From positions 1 through 35,620 of the forward strand of contig MFPH01000031.1 of assembly GCA_001782645.1 (NCBI GenBank): a DNA stretch of 35,620 bases. Reading direction: 5' to 3'. The stretch comes from Candidatus Levybacteria bacterium RIFCSPLOWO2_12_FULL_37_14. GTDB lineage: Bacteria > Patescibacteriota > Microgenomatia > Levybacterales > UBA12049. Positions 16,016 through 22,893 of the stretch are shown here, in pieces; position 1 is the stretch's first letter; every line of letters starts with the position of its first letter. The position numbers were made by a program, and so were the translations under genes. The notes under the pieces were generated by a model. That model was not told the DNA's origin. It worked only from the letters and a program-made list of their open reading frames with translations, and did no database searches.

Positions 16016-16690
16016 ATGAAGAAAACTGGAACTTTAGTAACTTTGGGTACGGGAATAATTGCGCTGATAGTCATTCTTAGTAATTACAATATCAAATTAA
16101 GCATGGATAAAAAAGAAGACTCGGTTTCTGTAAATCAACAAGTTTCTCCTGCGGTTCAAGAATCACAAGATGATTCTATGGCAAGCATGCATGGGGGAGC
16201 AGCTCCCGGCGCGAATGCAGCAGTTTTTAATAGCTTAATTGGCACAATAGCTCCTGATTTTACATTGGAAACATATGACGGAGATAAAATTACTTTAAGT
16301 AGCTTGAAAGGCAATAGCGTAATTTTGTTTTTCAATGAAGGTTTAATGTGTTATCCGTCTTGCTGGAATCAGATTGTTGCTTTTGGCAAAGACGCGGAAT
16401 TAGGCAAAAAGGCGGTTCTTTTGAGCATTACGGCTGATCCCAAAAATGACTGGAAATCCGCTTTAGATAAAATGCCGGAACTGGCTCAGGCAACAGTGCT
16501 TTTTGACAGCAATAGACAAGTTTCAGCAAAATATGGAGTCCTAACTCTTCCCTCATCAATGCACAAGGGACAGTTTCCGGGACATAGCTATGTAATTGTT
16601 GATAAGAATGGAATTGTTAAATTTGTTCAAGACGATGTCCAGATGGCAGTCAGAAATAAAGAACTGTCTTCCGAAATCGACAAGCTGTAA
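16016..16690 (+). CDS. Membrane-anchored thioredoxin-fold protein (redoxin / AhpC-TSA / TlpA-like) with an atypical CYPSC motif
   Basis: APDFTLETYDGDKITLSSLKGNSVILFFNEGLMCYPSC matches the redoxin N-terminal layout. N-terminal TM segment. Confidence 0.75.
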   Translation: MKKTGTLVTLGTGIIALIVILSNYNIKLSMDKKEDSVSVNQQVSPAVQESQDDSMASMHGGAAPGANAAVFNSLIGTIAPDFTLETYDGDKITLSSLKGNSVILFFNEGLMCYPSCWNQIVAFGKDAELGKKAVLLSITADPKNDWKSALDKMPELAQATVLFDSNRQVSAKYGVLTLPSSMHKGQFPGHSYVIVDKNGIVKFVQDDVQMAVRNKELSSEIDKL

Positions 16691-16699
16691 ATTCTTATT

Positions 16700-16903
16700 T
16701 TAACCGCAACAAGATTTTTTGGCAGGAACGTTTTCCTTTTTGTCAATGTAATTTTTTGCTCCTGCATTAAACTGATCTTTGCAGTTTTCTGAACAGAAAG
16801 AATATTTTGTGCCTCCAAATTCTGAAGAAAACTCAGTTTTTTTATCCAGTTTCATTTTGCAAACCGGATCAGTAACTTTTTGTGAAAATGAAAATCCAAA
16901 CAT
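16700..16903 (-). CDS. YHS/TRASH-type metal-binding domain protein with a C-terminal SCCG
   Basis: DPVCKMKLDKK...YSFCSENCKDQF is the YHS pattern. Shine-Dalgarno GGGAGGTGATTT lies upstream on the minus strand. Confidence 0.8.
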   Translation of the reverse strand: MFGFSFSQKVTDPVCKMKLDKKTEFSSEFGGTKYSFCSENCKDQFNAGAKNYIDKKENVPAKKSCCG

Positions 16904-16953
16904 AATAAATCACCTCCCTTGCCTCGCCGCAATTTTAATGTAGGCGGGTTTCG
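16904..16953 (-). repeat. Leader element homologous to 15965-16015, filling the whole copB-YHS intergenic gap
   Basis: The minus strand reads cgaaacccgcctacattaaaattgcggcgaggcaagggaggtgatttatt-ATG. It aligns with cgaaaccctccttcgcataaagctacggagggcgaaggggggtgatttgaa-ATG. Confidence 0.6.
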
Positions 16954-16954
16954 T

Positions 16955-19036
16955 TCAATCAAGCTTAGTTCTTCTTAAGAGTAAAGCATTGAAAACAACA
17001 ATAATTGACGATGCGCTCATTAATAATGCTGCCCATTCTGGTCGGAGTAGGATGCCAAATGATGGGTAAAGTATTCCTGCCGCTATTGGAACGGCAAAGG
17101 TATTATATCCTGTTGCCCAAATAAGATTTTGCACCATTTTCGTATTGGTTTTGCGGCTTAAAGAAATTGCCTTAACTACATCCATCGGGTCATTTTTCAT
17201 TAAGACTATGTCTGCCGATTCAACTGCAACATCTGTTCCTGCGCCTATTGCAATTCCGACATGCGCTTGGGTAAGGGATGGGGCATCATTAACGCCGTCT
17301 CCAACCATAGCGACGATATTTCCATCCTGCTGCAATTGTTTAATTTTATTAACTTTATCTTTTGGTAATACTTGAGCAAAAACAGTGTCCATATTGAGTT
17401 GTTTTCCTGTTTCATTGGCCACATCAGGGGTGTCTCCTGTAAGCATGGCTATTTTTATTCCCATATCATGCAGTCTTTTGACAACTGTTTTTGATTCCTC
17501 TCTGATGATGTCCGCAAGGAGAATTATTCCGGTTAATTTATTATTTATGGCAACATAGACCGGCGTAGCGGCTTTGATTTTTGAGTCAGGAATTATGAAT
17601 TTTGAATCATGTATCCTTAGGTCTTTCATTAAAGTTATGTTTCCTACAATAACAAACCTATTATCGACAATCCCTTCTGCTCCACGTCCTGGATAAGACT
17701 TGAATTTCTTAACGGTTGAAATTTTTAGTCCTTTGTTTTTTGCGTCTTGAACAATCCCTTTTGCTATAGAATGTTGTGAGTTTAATTCAACTGCCGCTGC
17801 TAATTTTAATAATTCTTGATTCTTGATTTTTGATTCTTGATTCATCATTACGTCTACTACTCCAAATTCTCCTTTTGTCAGTGTTCCTGTTTTATCAAAT
17901 ACCACATAACTGATTTTTCTGGCAATTTCCAAACCCTTCATATCTTTGATTAAAATACCATTTTTTGCCCCAAGAGTAGAAGTAATCGTAGTGACTGTGG
18001 GTATGGCAAGACCTAACGCATGGGGACAAGCAACCACAATTGCCGCAACTGCCACAGTTGCCGCAAAAACAATACCCTCAGGCAAAATAAATGCCCAGGT
18101 AACAAATGAAATAGTTCCGGCAATAATCGCTACGAAAAATAAGACACTGGCCGCTCGGTCAGCCAGATGCTGAACATTGGGTTTTGAACTTTGGGCTTCC
18201 CGGATTAACTTCATAATTTGGGAAATTGCCGTATCAGCCCCGGTTTTGGAAACTTCAATCGTTAAGGCTCCATCCTGATTGATAGTGCCGCCAATTACTT
18301 TATCGCCTTTTTTCTTAGTGATAGGCCTTGATTCTCCGGTGACCATAGATTCATTAACAGAACTTTCGCCATCTATTACTGCTCCGTCAACCGGAATTTT
18401 TTCTCCCGGCTTGACTAAAACTTTGTTGCCCATCACCAATTGACTGGTTTTAACATCCGTAATATTTCCGTTTTGAAGAAGATGAGCGGATGGGGGAATA
18501 AGCTTGGCTAATTCAGACAGCGCGCCTGTTGCTCCTCTGACAGCTCTCATTTCCAGCCAATGTCCTAGCAGAAAAACAGAAATAAGAGTAGATATTTCCC
18601 AATATAAAGATTCTTTGGGGAAGAGGAAAGTTGCTGCAACCGAAAAAGTATAGCCCGCTGTGATTGCAAAAGCTACCAGAGTCATCATTCCCGGATTTTT
18701 ACTGAATAATTCACCTTTTGCAGCTTTGAAAAAAGGTATTCCGCCAAAAAAGAAAATAAAAGTGCCCAAAACAAAAAGTAGGACTTGAATGCCTGAAAAA
18801 TTCAGATTAAAATGCAGCCATTTTTGGATATTGGGGGAAAGCAGCATGGTCAGTAAAACTGCAGGCAGGGAGATAAAGAAACGCTTTCTGAAATCTTTTT
18901 CCATTGAACTGTGGTCTTCGCGTCCTTCCTCATGGCTTGAATTCATCGGGACAAGCTTCATTCCGCATTTGGGACAAATACCGGGTTGTTCACGTATTAT
19001 ATCCGGATCCATGGGACAGGTATACATTAATTCCAT
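16955..19036 (-). CDS. copB: P1B-type heavy-metal ATPase, CopB-like (CPH motif)
   Basis: 693 aa with [15 protein letters not shown] and TGES motifs, and CPH in the transmembrane metal site (VVACPHALG). N-terminal Cys-rich metal-binding domain YTCPMDPD...CPKCGMKL. Confidence 0.9.
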   Translation of the reverse strand: MELMYTCPMDPDIIREQPGICPKCGMKLVPMNSSHEEGREDHSSMEKDFRKRFFISLPAVLLTMLLSPNIQKWLHFNLNFSGIQVLLFVLGTFIFFFGGIPFFKAAKGELFSKNPGMMTLVAFAITAGYTFSVAATFLFPKESLYWEISTLISVFLLGHWLEMRAVRGATGALSELAKLIPPSAHLLQNGNITDVKTSQLVMGNKVLVKPGEKIPVDGAVIDGESSVNESMVTGESRPITKKKGDKVIGGTINQDGALTIEVSKTGADTAISQIMKLIREAQSSKPNVQHLADRAASVLFFVAIIAGTISFVTWAFILPEGIVFAATVAVAAIVVACPHALGLAIPTVTTITSTLGAKNGILIKDMKGLEIARKISYVVFDKTGTLTKGEFGVVDVMMNQESKIKNQELLKLAAAVELNSQHSIAKGIVQDAKNKGLKISTVKKFKSYPGRGAEGIVDNRFVIVGNITLMKDLRIHDSKFIIPDSKIKAATPVYVAINNKLTGIILLADIIREESKTVVKRLHDMGIKIAMLTGDTPDVANETGKQLNMDTVFAQVLPKDKVNKIKQLQQDGNIVAMVGDGVNDAPSLTQAHVGIAIGAGTDVAVESADIVLMKNDPMDVVKAISLSRKTNTKMVQNLIWATGYNTFAVPIAAGILYPSFGILLRPEWAALLMSASSIIVVFNALLLRRTKLD

Positions 19037-19040
19037 ATAT

Positions 19041-19310
19041 CTATTGATGAACTCTCTTAAATAATTTTAACAGTTCTTCTGTTGCTTTGTTCTTTTGATT
19101 TTGAAATTGATCGGCAACGTGTGTTTTTAAGTGTTTCTTAAGCAAAAGACTATCAAGGCTTTTGATGGAATTTTGAATAGCCAAACTTTGGTTGAGCAAA
19201 TCTATGCAATATTCATCTTGATCAATCATTCTTTGCAGGCCGTCAAGTTGTCCTTTGATAATATTAATTCTTCTTTGAGCATCGCTCTTGACATCCCTAT
19301 TTGAATTCAT
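19041..19310 (-). CDS. CsoR/RcnR-family repressor with an atypical x-C-H-H fingerprint
   Basis: 89 aa with [13 protein letters not shown] (Cys) and KKHLKTH (H-x3-H, as in RcnR), but no His near the N-terminus. Confidence 0.8.
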   Translation of the reverse strand: MNSNRDVKSDAQRRINIIKGQLDGLQRMIDQDEYCIDLLNQSLAIQNSIKSLDSLLLKKHLKTHVADQFQNQKNKATEELLKLFKRVHQ

Positions 19311-19320
19311 ATATATTTAT

Positions 19321-19349
19321 AGTATATACCCCTGGGGGGTATATGTCAA
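19321..19349 (-). promoter_or_regulatory. Promoter with a CsoR-type operator embedded in the spacer
   Basis: The minus strand reads TTGACA-tataccccccaggggta(17)-TATACT-N10-ATG. The spacer contains the inverted repeat atatacccc-tgg-ggggtatat (19324-19344). No Shine-Dalgarno. Confidence 0.7.
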
Positions 19350-19365
19350 CCCCGCTCAGCGGGGT
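19349..19365 (+). repeat. GC hairpin directly upstream of a Shine-Dalgarno
   Basis: accccgc-tca-gcggggt is a 7-bp perfect stem, followed by cAAAGGAGGTGA and the ATG at 19383. Confidence 0.6.
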
Positions 19366-19382
19366 CAAAGGAGGTGAAAAAA

Positions 19383-19640
19383 ATGAAGCAATACGTTGTT
19401 CCAAACGCTTTAGCTGTCACAACGGCAATTATTTATGCAGCGTGCCGAATTTTAGTTGGTATATTTCCTGATGCATTTTTTACGATCGCTCAATCATGGT
19501 TTCATGGCATAGGGTTTAACAAATTAAGCGCTGAAAGCTTAACTATGTCATCATTATTGTTGGGTTTAATCTCATCCACAATTACAGCTTGGGTAGTCGG
19601 CTATATCTTTATAAAAGTTTACAAAGAATTTACTAAATAA
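19383..19640 (+). CDS. Small two-TM membrane protein (85 aa)
   Basis: AAGGAGGTGA Shine-Dalgarno 8 nt upstream of the ATG at 19383 (the track start at 19374 is a GTG inside the Shine-Dalgarno). Divergent from the csoR-like gene. Confidence 0.7.
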   Translation: MKQYVVPNALAVTTAIIYAACRILVGIFPDAFFTIAQSWFHGIGFNKLSAESLTMSSLLLGLISSTITAWVVGYIFIKVYKEFTK

Positions 19641-19678
19641 TCGAGCAAATCAGAAAAACCGGCTACAAAGCTTCACTT

Positions 19679-20080
19679 TTAACTTTCTAATAATTTTAGA
19701 AAGTCTTTTGGGGAGAGAATTTTTGTGTTATTATATTGTTTAAGTTTTAGAACAAGTTTGTCTCCGCTTATTAAATAATTTGCTTGAGCCTCAAGAGCTA
19801 GTTCCAGAACGAAATTGTCCGTAGCGTCTTTGCAGACAAAAAGCTTCTTTTTAGGAATATATTTTTCTGTTTTAGCATCTAATGCTTCTTCGATATCTTG
19901 GATTGCGCGAGCAGGTAAAAAAAATTTATTCTGCAGTTTGTTAATAATTTCTGATTTCAATTCGGGTGATAAACAAAATGTATATTTTTTATTTAACCAT
20001 GCTTCAATTATTGATTGAGGATTTCCACCATAAAGAACGCCGGAAATAAATACATTAGTATCGATAACGGCCTTATGCAT
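19679..20080 (-). CDS. PIN-domain toxin (VapC-like)
   Basis: 133 aa with AVIDTNVFISG at the N-terminus and the later acidic residues ATDNFVLELA and ISGD, typical of a PIN fold. Overlaps the upstream antitoxin gene by 8 nt. Confidence 0.85.
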   Translation of the reverse strand: MHKAVIDTNVFISGVLYGGNPQSIIEAWLNKKYTFCLSPELKSEIINKLQNKFFLPARAIQDIEEALDAKTEKYIPKKKLFVCKDATDNFVLELALEAQANYLISGDKLVLKLKQYNNTKILSPKDFLKLLES

Positions 20081-20366
20081 TTTTTATAATTGAGTAGGCT
20101 TTATCTTCGGAGCGGGGGACTTCTATTGATTTATTCCGAAGATATTTTTTAAAGGACTTTTTTCCTTCAGCAAAAATCTTTTGAAATTTAACTTTAAAAA
20201 GCTGATCCCTCTCTTTTTCTTGTTTCACTATTTCATTGTAAGGATAAATAACTACAGAGGGAGAACTGTCTTGCACTATGACAACAGGCTGTTTTGTCGC
20301 TTGTATCCTGTTAATAAGTTTTGCCAAATTATTTCTGGCATCGGTAATGCTTACTATCTGTAACAT
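20073..20366 (-). CDS. Phd/YefM-family antitoxin
   Basis: 97 aa. MLQIVSITDARNNLAKLINRI...PVVIV is the Phd/YefM N-terminal signature. Confidence 0.8.
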   Translation of the reverse strand: MLQIVSITDARNNLAKLINRIQATKQPVVIVQDSSPSVVIYPYNEIVKQEKERDQLFKVKFQKIFAEGKKSFKKYLRNKSIEVPRSEDKAYSIIKNA

Positions 20367-20375
20367 ATGTGGTAC

Positions 20376-20404
20376 ATCATACAGTACTTTCCACTGTTTG
20401 TCAA
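20376..20404 (-). promoter_or_regulatory. Toxin-antitoxin operon promoter
   Basis: The minus strand reads TTGACA-N17-TATGAT-N9-ATG. No Shine-Dalgarno. Confidence 0.6.
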
Positions 20405-20419
20405 GCCCCCAATATTTTT

Positions 20420-20428
20420 TGATATACT
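20420..20428 (+). promoter_or_regulatory. Extended -10 promoter placed for a leaderless transcript
   Basis: TGaTATACT followed by 6 nt and the GTG at 20435. Confidence 0.5.
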
Positions 20429-20434
20429 AAGTCA

Positions 20435-21058
20435 GTGGCCAATATAAAAAATCGTACTAAGGAAATTTCCGAAATGTTTATGCAGTCAGGTAAAAATCTT
20501 GCGCAAGTTGCCGCAAGTTCCGCGTTCGAATTCTGGCAGAGGAAAGATTTCCGTCTCTACGTAGATTTCCAGTCTCTTTCTCAAACAGAGCAGGATAGAA
20601 TGTTTAACGAGCTTGAGGTATCCGTATTGGGACTTTTTACTTTAAGCCTTGACTATGCGATTTCTATCGCAAAAAACGAATATGGGCAGCTTCTTGGGAT
20701 ATTGCAAAAAGAAATTACATTTGGGTTTCTCCAGTTATTTCTGGATCTGGGTACAGAAAAAAGGTTCGTAGATCAATGGAGGAAGCTCATTGAAATGCGT
20801 TTTAAGGAATACCGTGAACATTTTAAAGCCGCGATAAAAGAATCCGGTTCCTGGAAAGAATTTAGGGGAGATGAAGAGGGGAGGCAGATTTGGGCGCGCA
20901 TAGAAACCATTACAATCGATTGCCTGACTCACATTCGAAGAGGGAATGTTAAAAAAGATGATCCTTTATGGAAGCTTTTGAGGAAGTGGCTTATCACGCT
21001 TGAGGCGCAAATTTCCCCAATTGCAAAATTAGGGGAAGAAAATAATCCGCAAAATTAA
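20435..21058 (+). CDS. Hypothetical helical protein (207 aa)
   Basis: Long ORF. The GTG start fits the -10/N6 pattern. An alternative ATG at 20474 has a weak AAGGA upstream. Confidence 0.6.
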   Translation: MANIKNRTKEISEMFMQSGKNLAQVAASSAFEFWQRKDFRLYVDFQSLSQTEQDRMFNELEVSVLGLFTLSLDYAISIAKNEYGQLLGILQKEITFGFLQLFLDLGTEKRFVDQWRKLIEMRFKEYREHFKAAIKESGSWKEFRGDEEGRQIWARIETITIDCLTHIRRGNVKKDDPLWKLLRKWLITLEAQISPIAKLGEENNPQN

Positions 21059-21064
21059 AAAACT

Positions 21065-21083
21065 CGGCTGCAACCCCCCCCAA
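21065..21083 (+). repeat. C8-tract motif cggctgcaaccccccccaa (upstream copy)
   Basis: Matches 22105-22123 at 18 of 19 nt. Lies directly after the stop at 21058. Confidence 0.8.
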
Positions 21084-21113
21084 AAAAAAATCGCCCCAAA
21101 AATTCTAAATTTT

Positions 21114-21122
21114 TGCTATACT
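21114..21122 (+). promoter_or_regulatory. Extended -10 promoter
   Basis: TGcTATACT, 14 nt before the ATG at 21137. Confidence 0.45.
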
Positions 21123-21136
21123 TTCTGTGTTAAGGT

Positions 21137-22084
21137 ATGAAATTCAAAAAGGCGTTAATAATAAGCATTAGCGAAGATAGCTTAGACCGGAAATATTGGG
21201 AAAAACTAGATAAATTGGTTGAAAGGAAAATATGTCTCCCAAAGGATAGTCCTCAAATAAGAAAAGAATTGGCCGACGTAGACTGTATTTTAACAGGATT
21301 TCAAATAACTGTTGGCAAAGAAGAAATAGATGCAGCCCCAAATTTAAAATATATTAGCGTTTTAGCTACCGCTTACGGAAAAATTGACACAGATTATGCA
21401 AAGAAAAAAGGCATAATCGTGACCAATGTCCCGGGTTATGCTGCGGAATCAGTCGCGGAATTTGTTTTTGCAGTTATTTTGGAAAAAATAAGGGATTTAT
21501 CTAGGGCAAAAGCTCAGGCGAGTAAAGGAAGTTACGTAGAGACGGGATTTAAGGCAACCGAGATAAAGGATAAAATATTTGGAGTAATTGGTTTAGGAAG
21601 AATTGGAAGTAGAGTAGCGGAAATTGCCAAAAGTTTTGGAGCAGACGTCAGATATTGGTCGGAACACAGGAAGGAAGATTTAGAAAAAAGAGGAATTAAA
21701 TATCAGAATGCCGATAATTTAATTTCTCAAGCGGATATTATTTCTCTTAATTTAGCAGAAACTCCGCAGACAAAATATTTTCTAAATAAAAAAAGGATTA
21801 ATAGCATTAAAAAGGGGAACTTGATTATCAGCACGGTTCCTAATGAGATAACTGATCTAGTCGCATTGGAAAATAGGCTTAAAAAAGACGATATAACTTT
21901 TATTCTTGATCATTCGGATGAATTAAGCCCAGAAGATGCAAAAAGATTATCTAAGTATAAAAATTGCATATTGTATCCACCTATTGGTTATGTTTCAGAT
22001 GAAGCAAGAATTGCCAAGCAAGAAATTTTTATTAGCAATATGGAAAGTTTCCTAAATGGAAAACCTAAGAACATAGCGACATAA
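21137..22084 (+). CDS. D-isomer-specific 2-hydroxyacid dehydrogenase family protein (NAD-binding)
   Basis: 315 aa with the Rossmann motif GVIGLGRIGSRVA and the family layout (catalytic and NAD domains). Confidence 0.85.
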   Translation: MKFKKALIISISEDSLDRKYWEKLDKLVERKICLPKDSPQIRKELADVDCILTGFQITVGKEEIDAAPNLKYISVLATAYGKIDTDYAKKKGIIVTNVPGYAAESVAEFVFAVILEKIRDLSRAKAQASKGSYVETGFKATEIKDKIFGVIGLGRIGSRVAEIAKSFGADVRYWSEHRKEDLEKRGIKYQNADNLISQADIISLNLAETPQTKYFLNKKRINSIKKGNLIISTVPNEITDLVALENRLKKDDITFILDHSDELSPEDAKRLSKYKNCILYPPIGYVSDEARIAKQEIFISNMESFLNGKPKNIAT

Positions 22085-22104
22085 ATCTGATAATTCTTGG
22101 AAAC

Positions 22105-22123
22105 CGGTTGCAACCCCCCCCAA
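22105..22123 (+). repeat. C8-tract motif cggttgcaaccccccccaa (downstream copy)
   Basis: Contains the perfect 10-bp palindrome GGTTGCAACC (22106-22115) followed by C8. Lies between convergent genes. Confidence 0.8.
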
Positions 22124-22132
22124 GCCCAGAGA

Positions 22133-22798
22133 TTACAAGCTCTTTTTAATAATTAAAGTGATTTCGTCGTCAATCATCGTTCCGCCTTTTGGTAATATCC
22201 GCCCATCAATCTTCAAACCCTCGTCCTTTAATAAATTGCAAACATTAATTTTGAAAGATTTACTGTTAATAGTGGGGGACTGGAGTCGTATTTCCTGCGT
22301 TGTTAATTGCGCAAGCGCTATTTTCATATGATCCCGTTCAAAGATAACGGGGTCAACGACGGTCGACAAATTTCCTGTCGGAGCTAATATTCTTTTTGCC
22401 TCTATCACATGACTATGAAGATCTTGTTCATCTTCCGCATAATAAAATAAAGCACATACGGAAACGATTAAATCTATGGAATTATCTTCAAGCCCCGTTT
22501 CGCTAAAAGTTCCGTTGATATACTCCAAAAATTTGTATTGTTTTTTCGGAAGCTCGCGATCTAGAGCCAGACAATTTATTTTTTGTAAGAATAATTTTCG
22601 ACCGATTTGAGATATGGCTTTTCCCTTTCCGCACCCCATATCCAAAATTTTGCCCCCTTTTGTTAATTGTTTCTCCAAAGAATCTAGGAAATCTTTTGCA
22701 TGTGGAAAGCCATTTACCAGGGCGTAATCTCGCGAATCCCGATTTCTCTCCATGCTTACCATTTCGGAGAAAGGACGATATCCAATTGACTCATGCAT
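22133..22798 (-). CDS. Class I SAM-dependent methyltransferase
   Basis: Motif I ILDMGCGKGKA. I prefer the ATG at 22798 (MHESIGY), which has TATAAT 10 nt upstream. The track start at 22837 is a TTG. Confidence 0.8.
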   Translation of the reverse strand: MHESIGYRPFSEMVSMERNRDSRDYALVNGFPHAKDFLDSLEKQLTKGGKILDMGCGKGKAISQIGRKLFLQKINCLALDRELPKKQYKFLEYINGTFSETGLEDNSIDLIVSVCALFYYAEDEQDLHSHVIEAKRILAPTGNLSTVVDPVIFERDHMKIALAQLTTQEIRLQSPTINSKSFKINVCNLLKDEGLKIDGRILPKGGTMIDDEITLIIKKSL

Positions 22799-22881
22799 AT
22801 GGTCTAGAATTATACATAAAAGAATAAAATTCTCCAAATTATTCCTGCCAAATGCAGGTTTACAAATATAATAATAAAAGC

Positions 22882-22887
22882 TATTAT
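22882..22887 (+). promoter_or_regulatory. -10 element placed for a leaderless ppsA transcript
   Basis: TATTAT followed by 6 nt and the ATG at 22894. Confidence 0.45.
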
Positions 22888-22893
22888 AGATTA

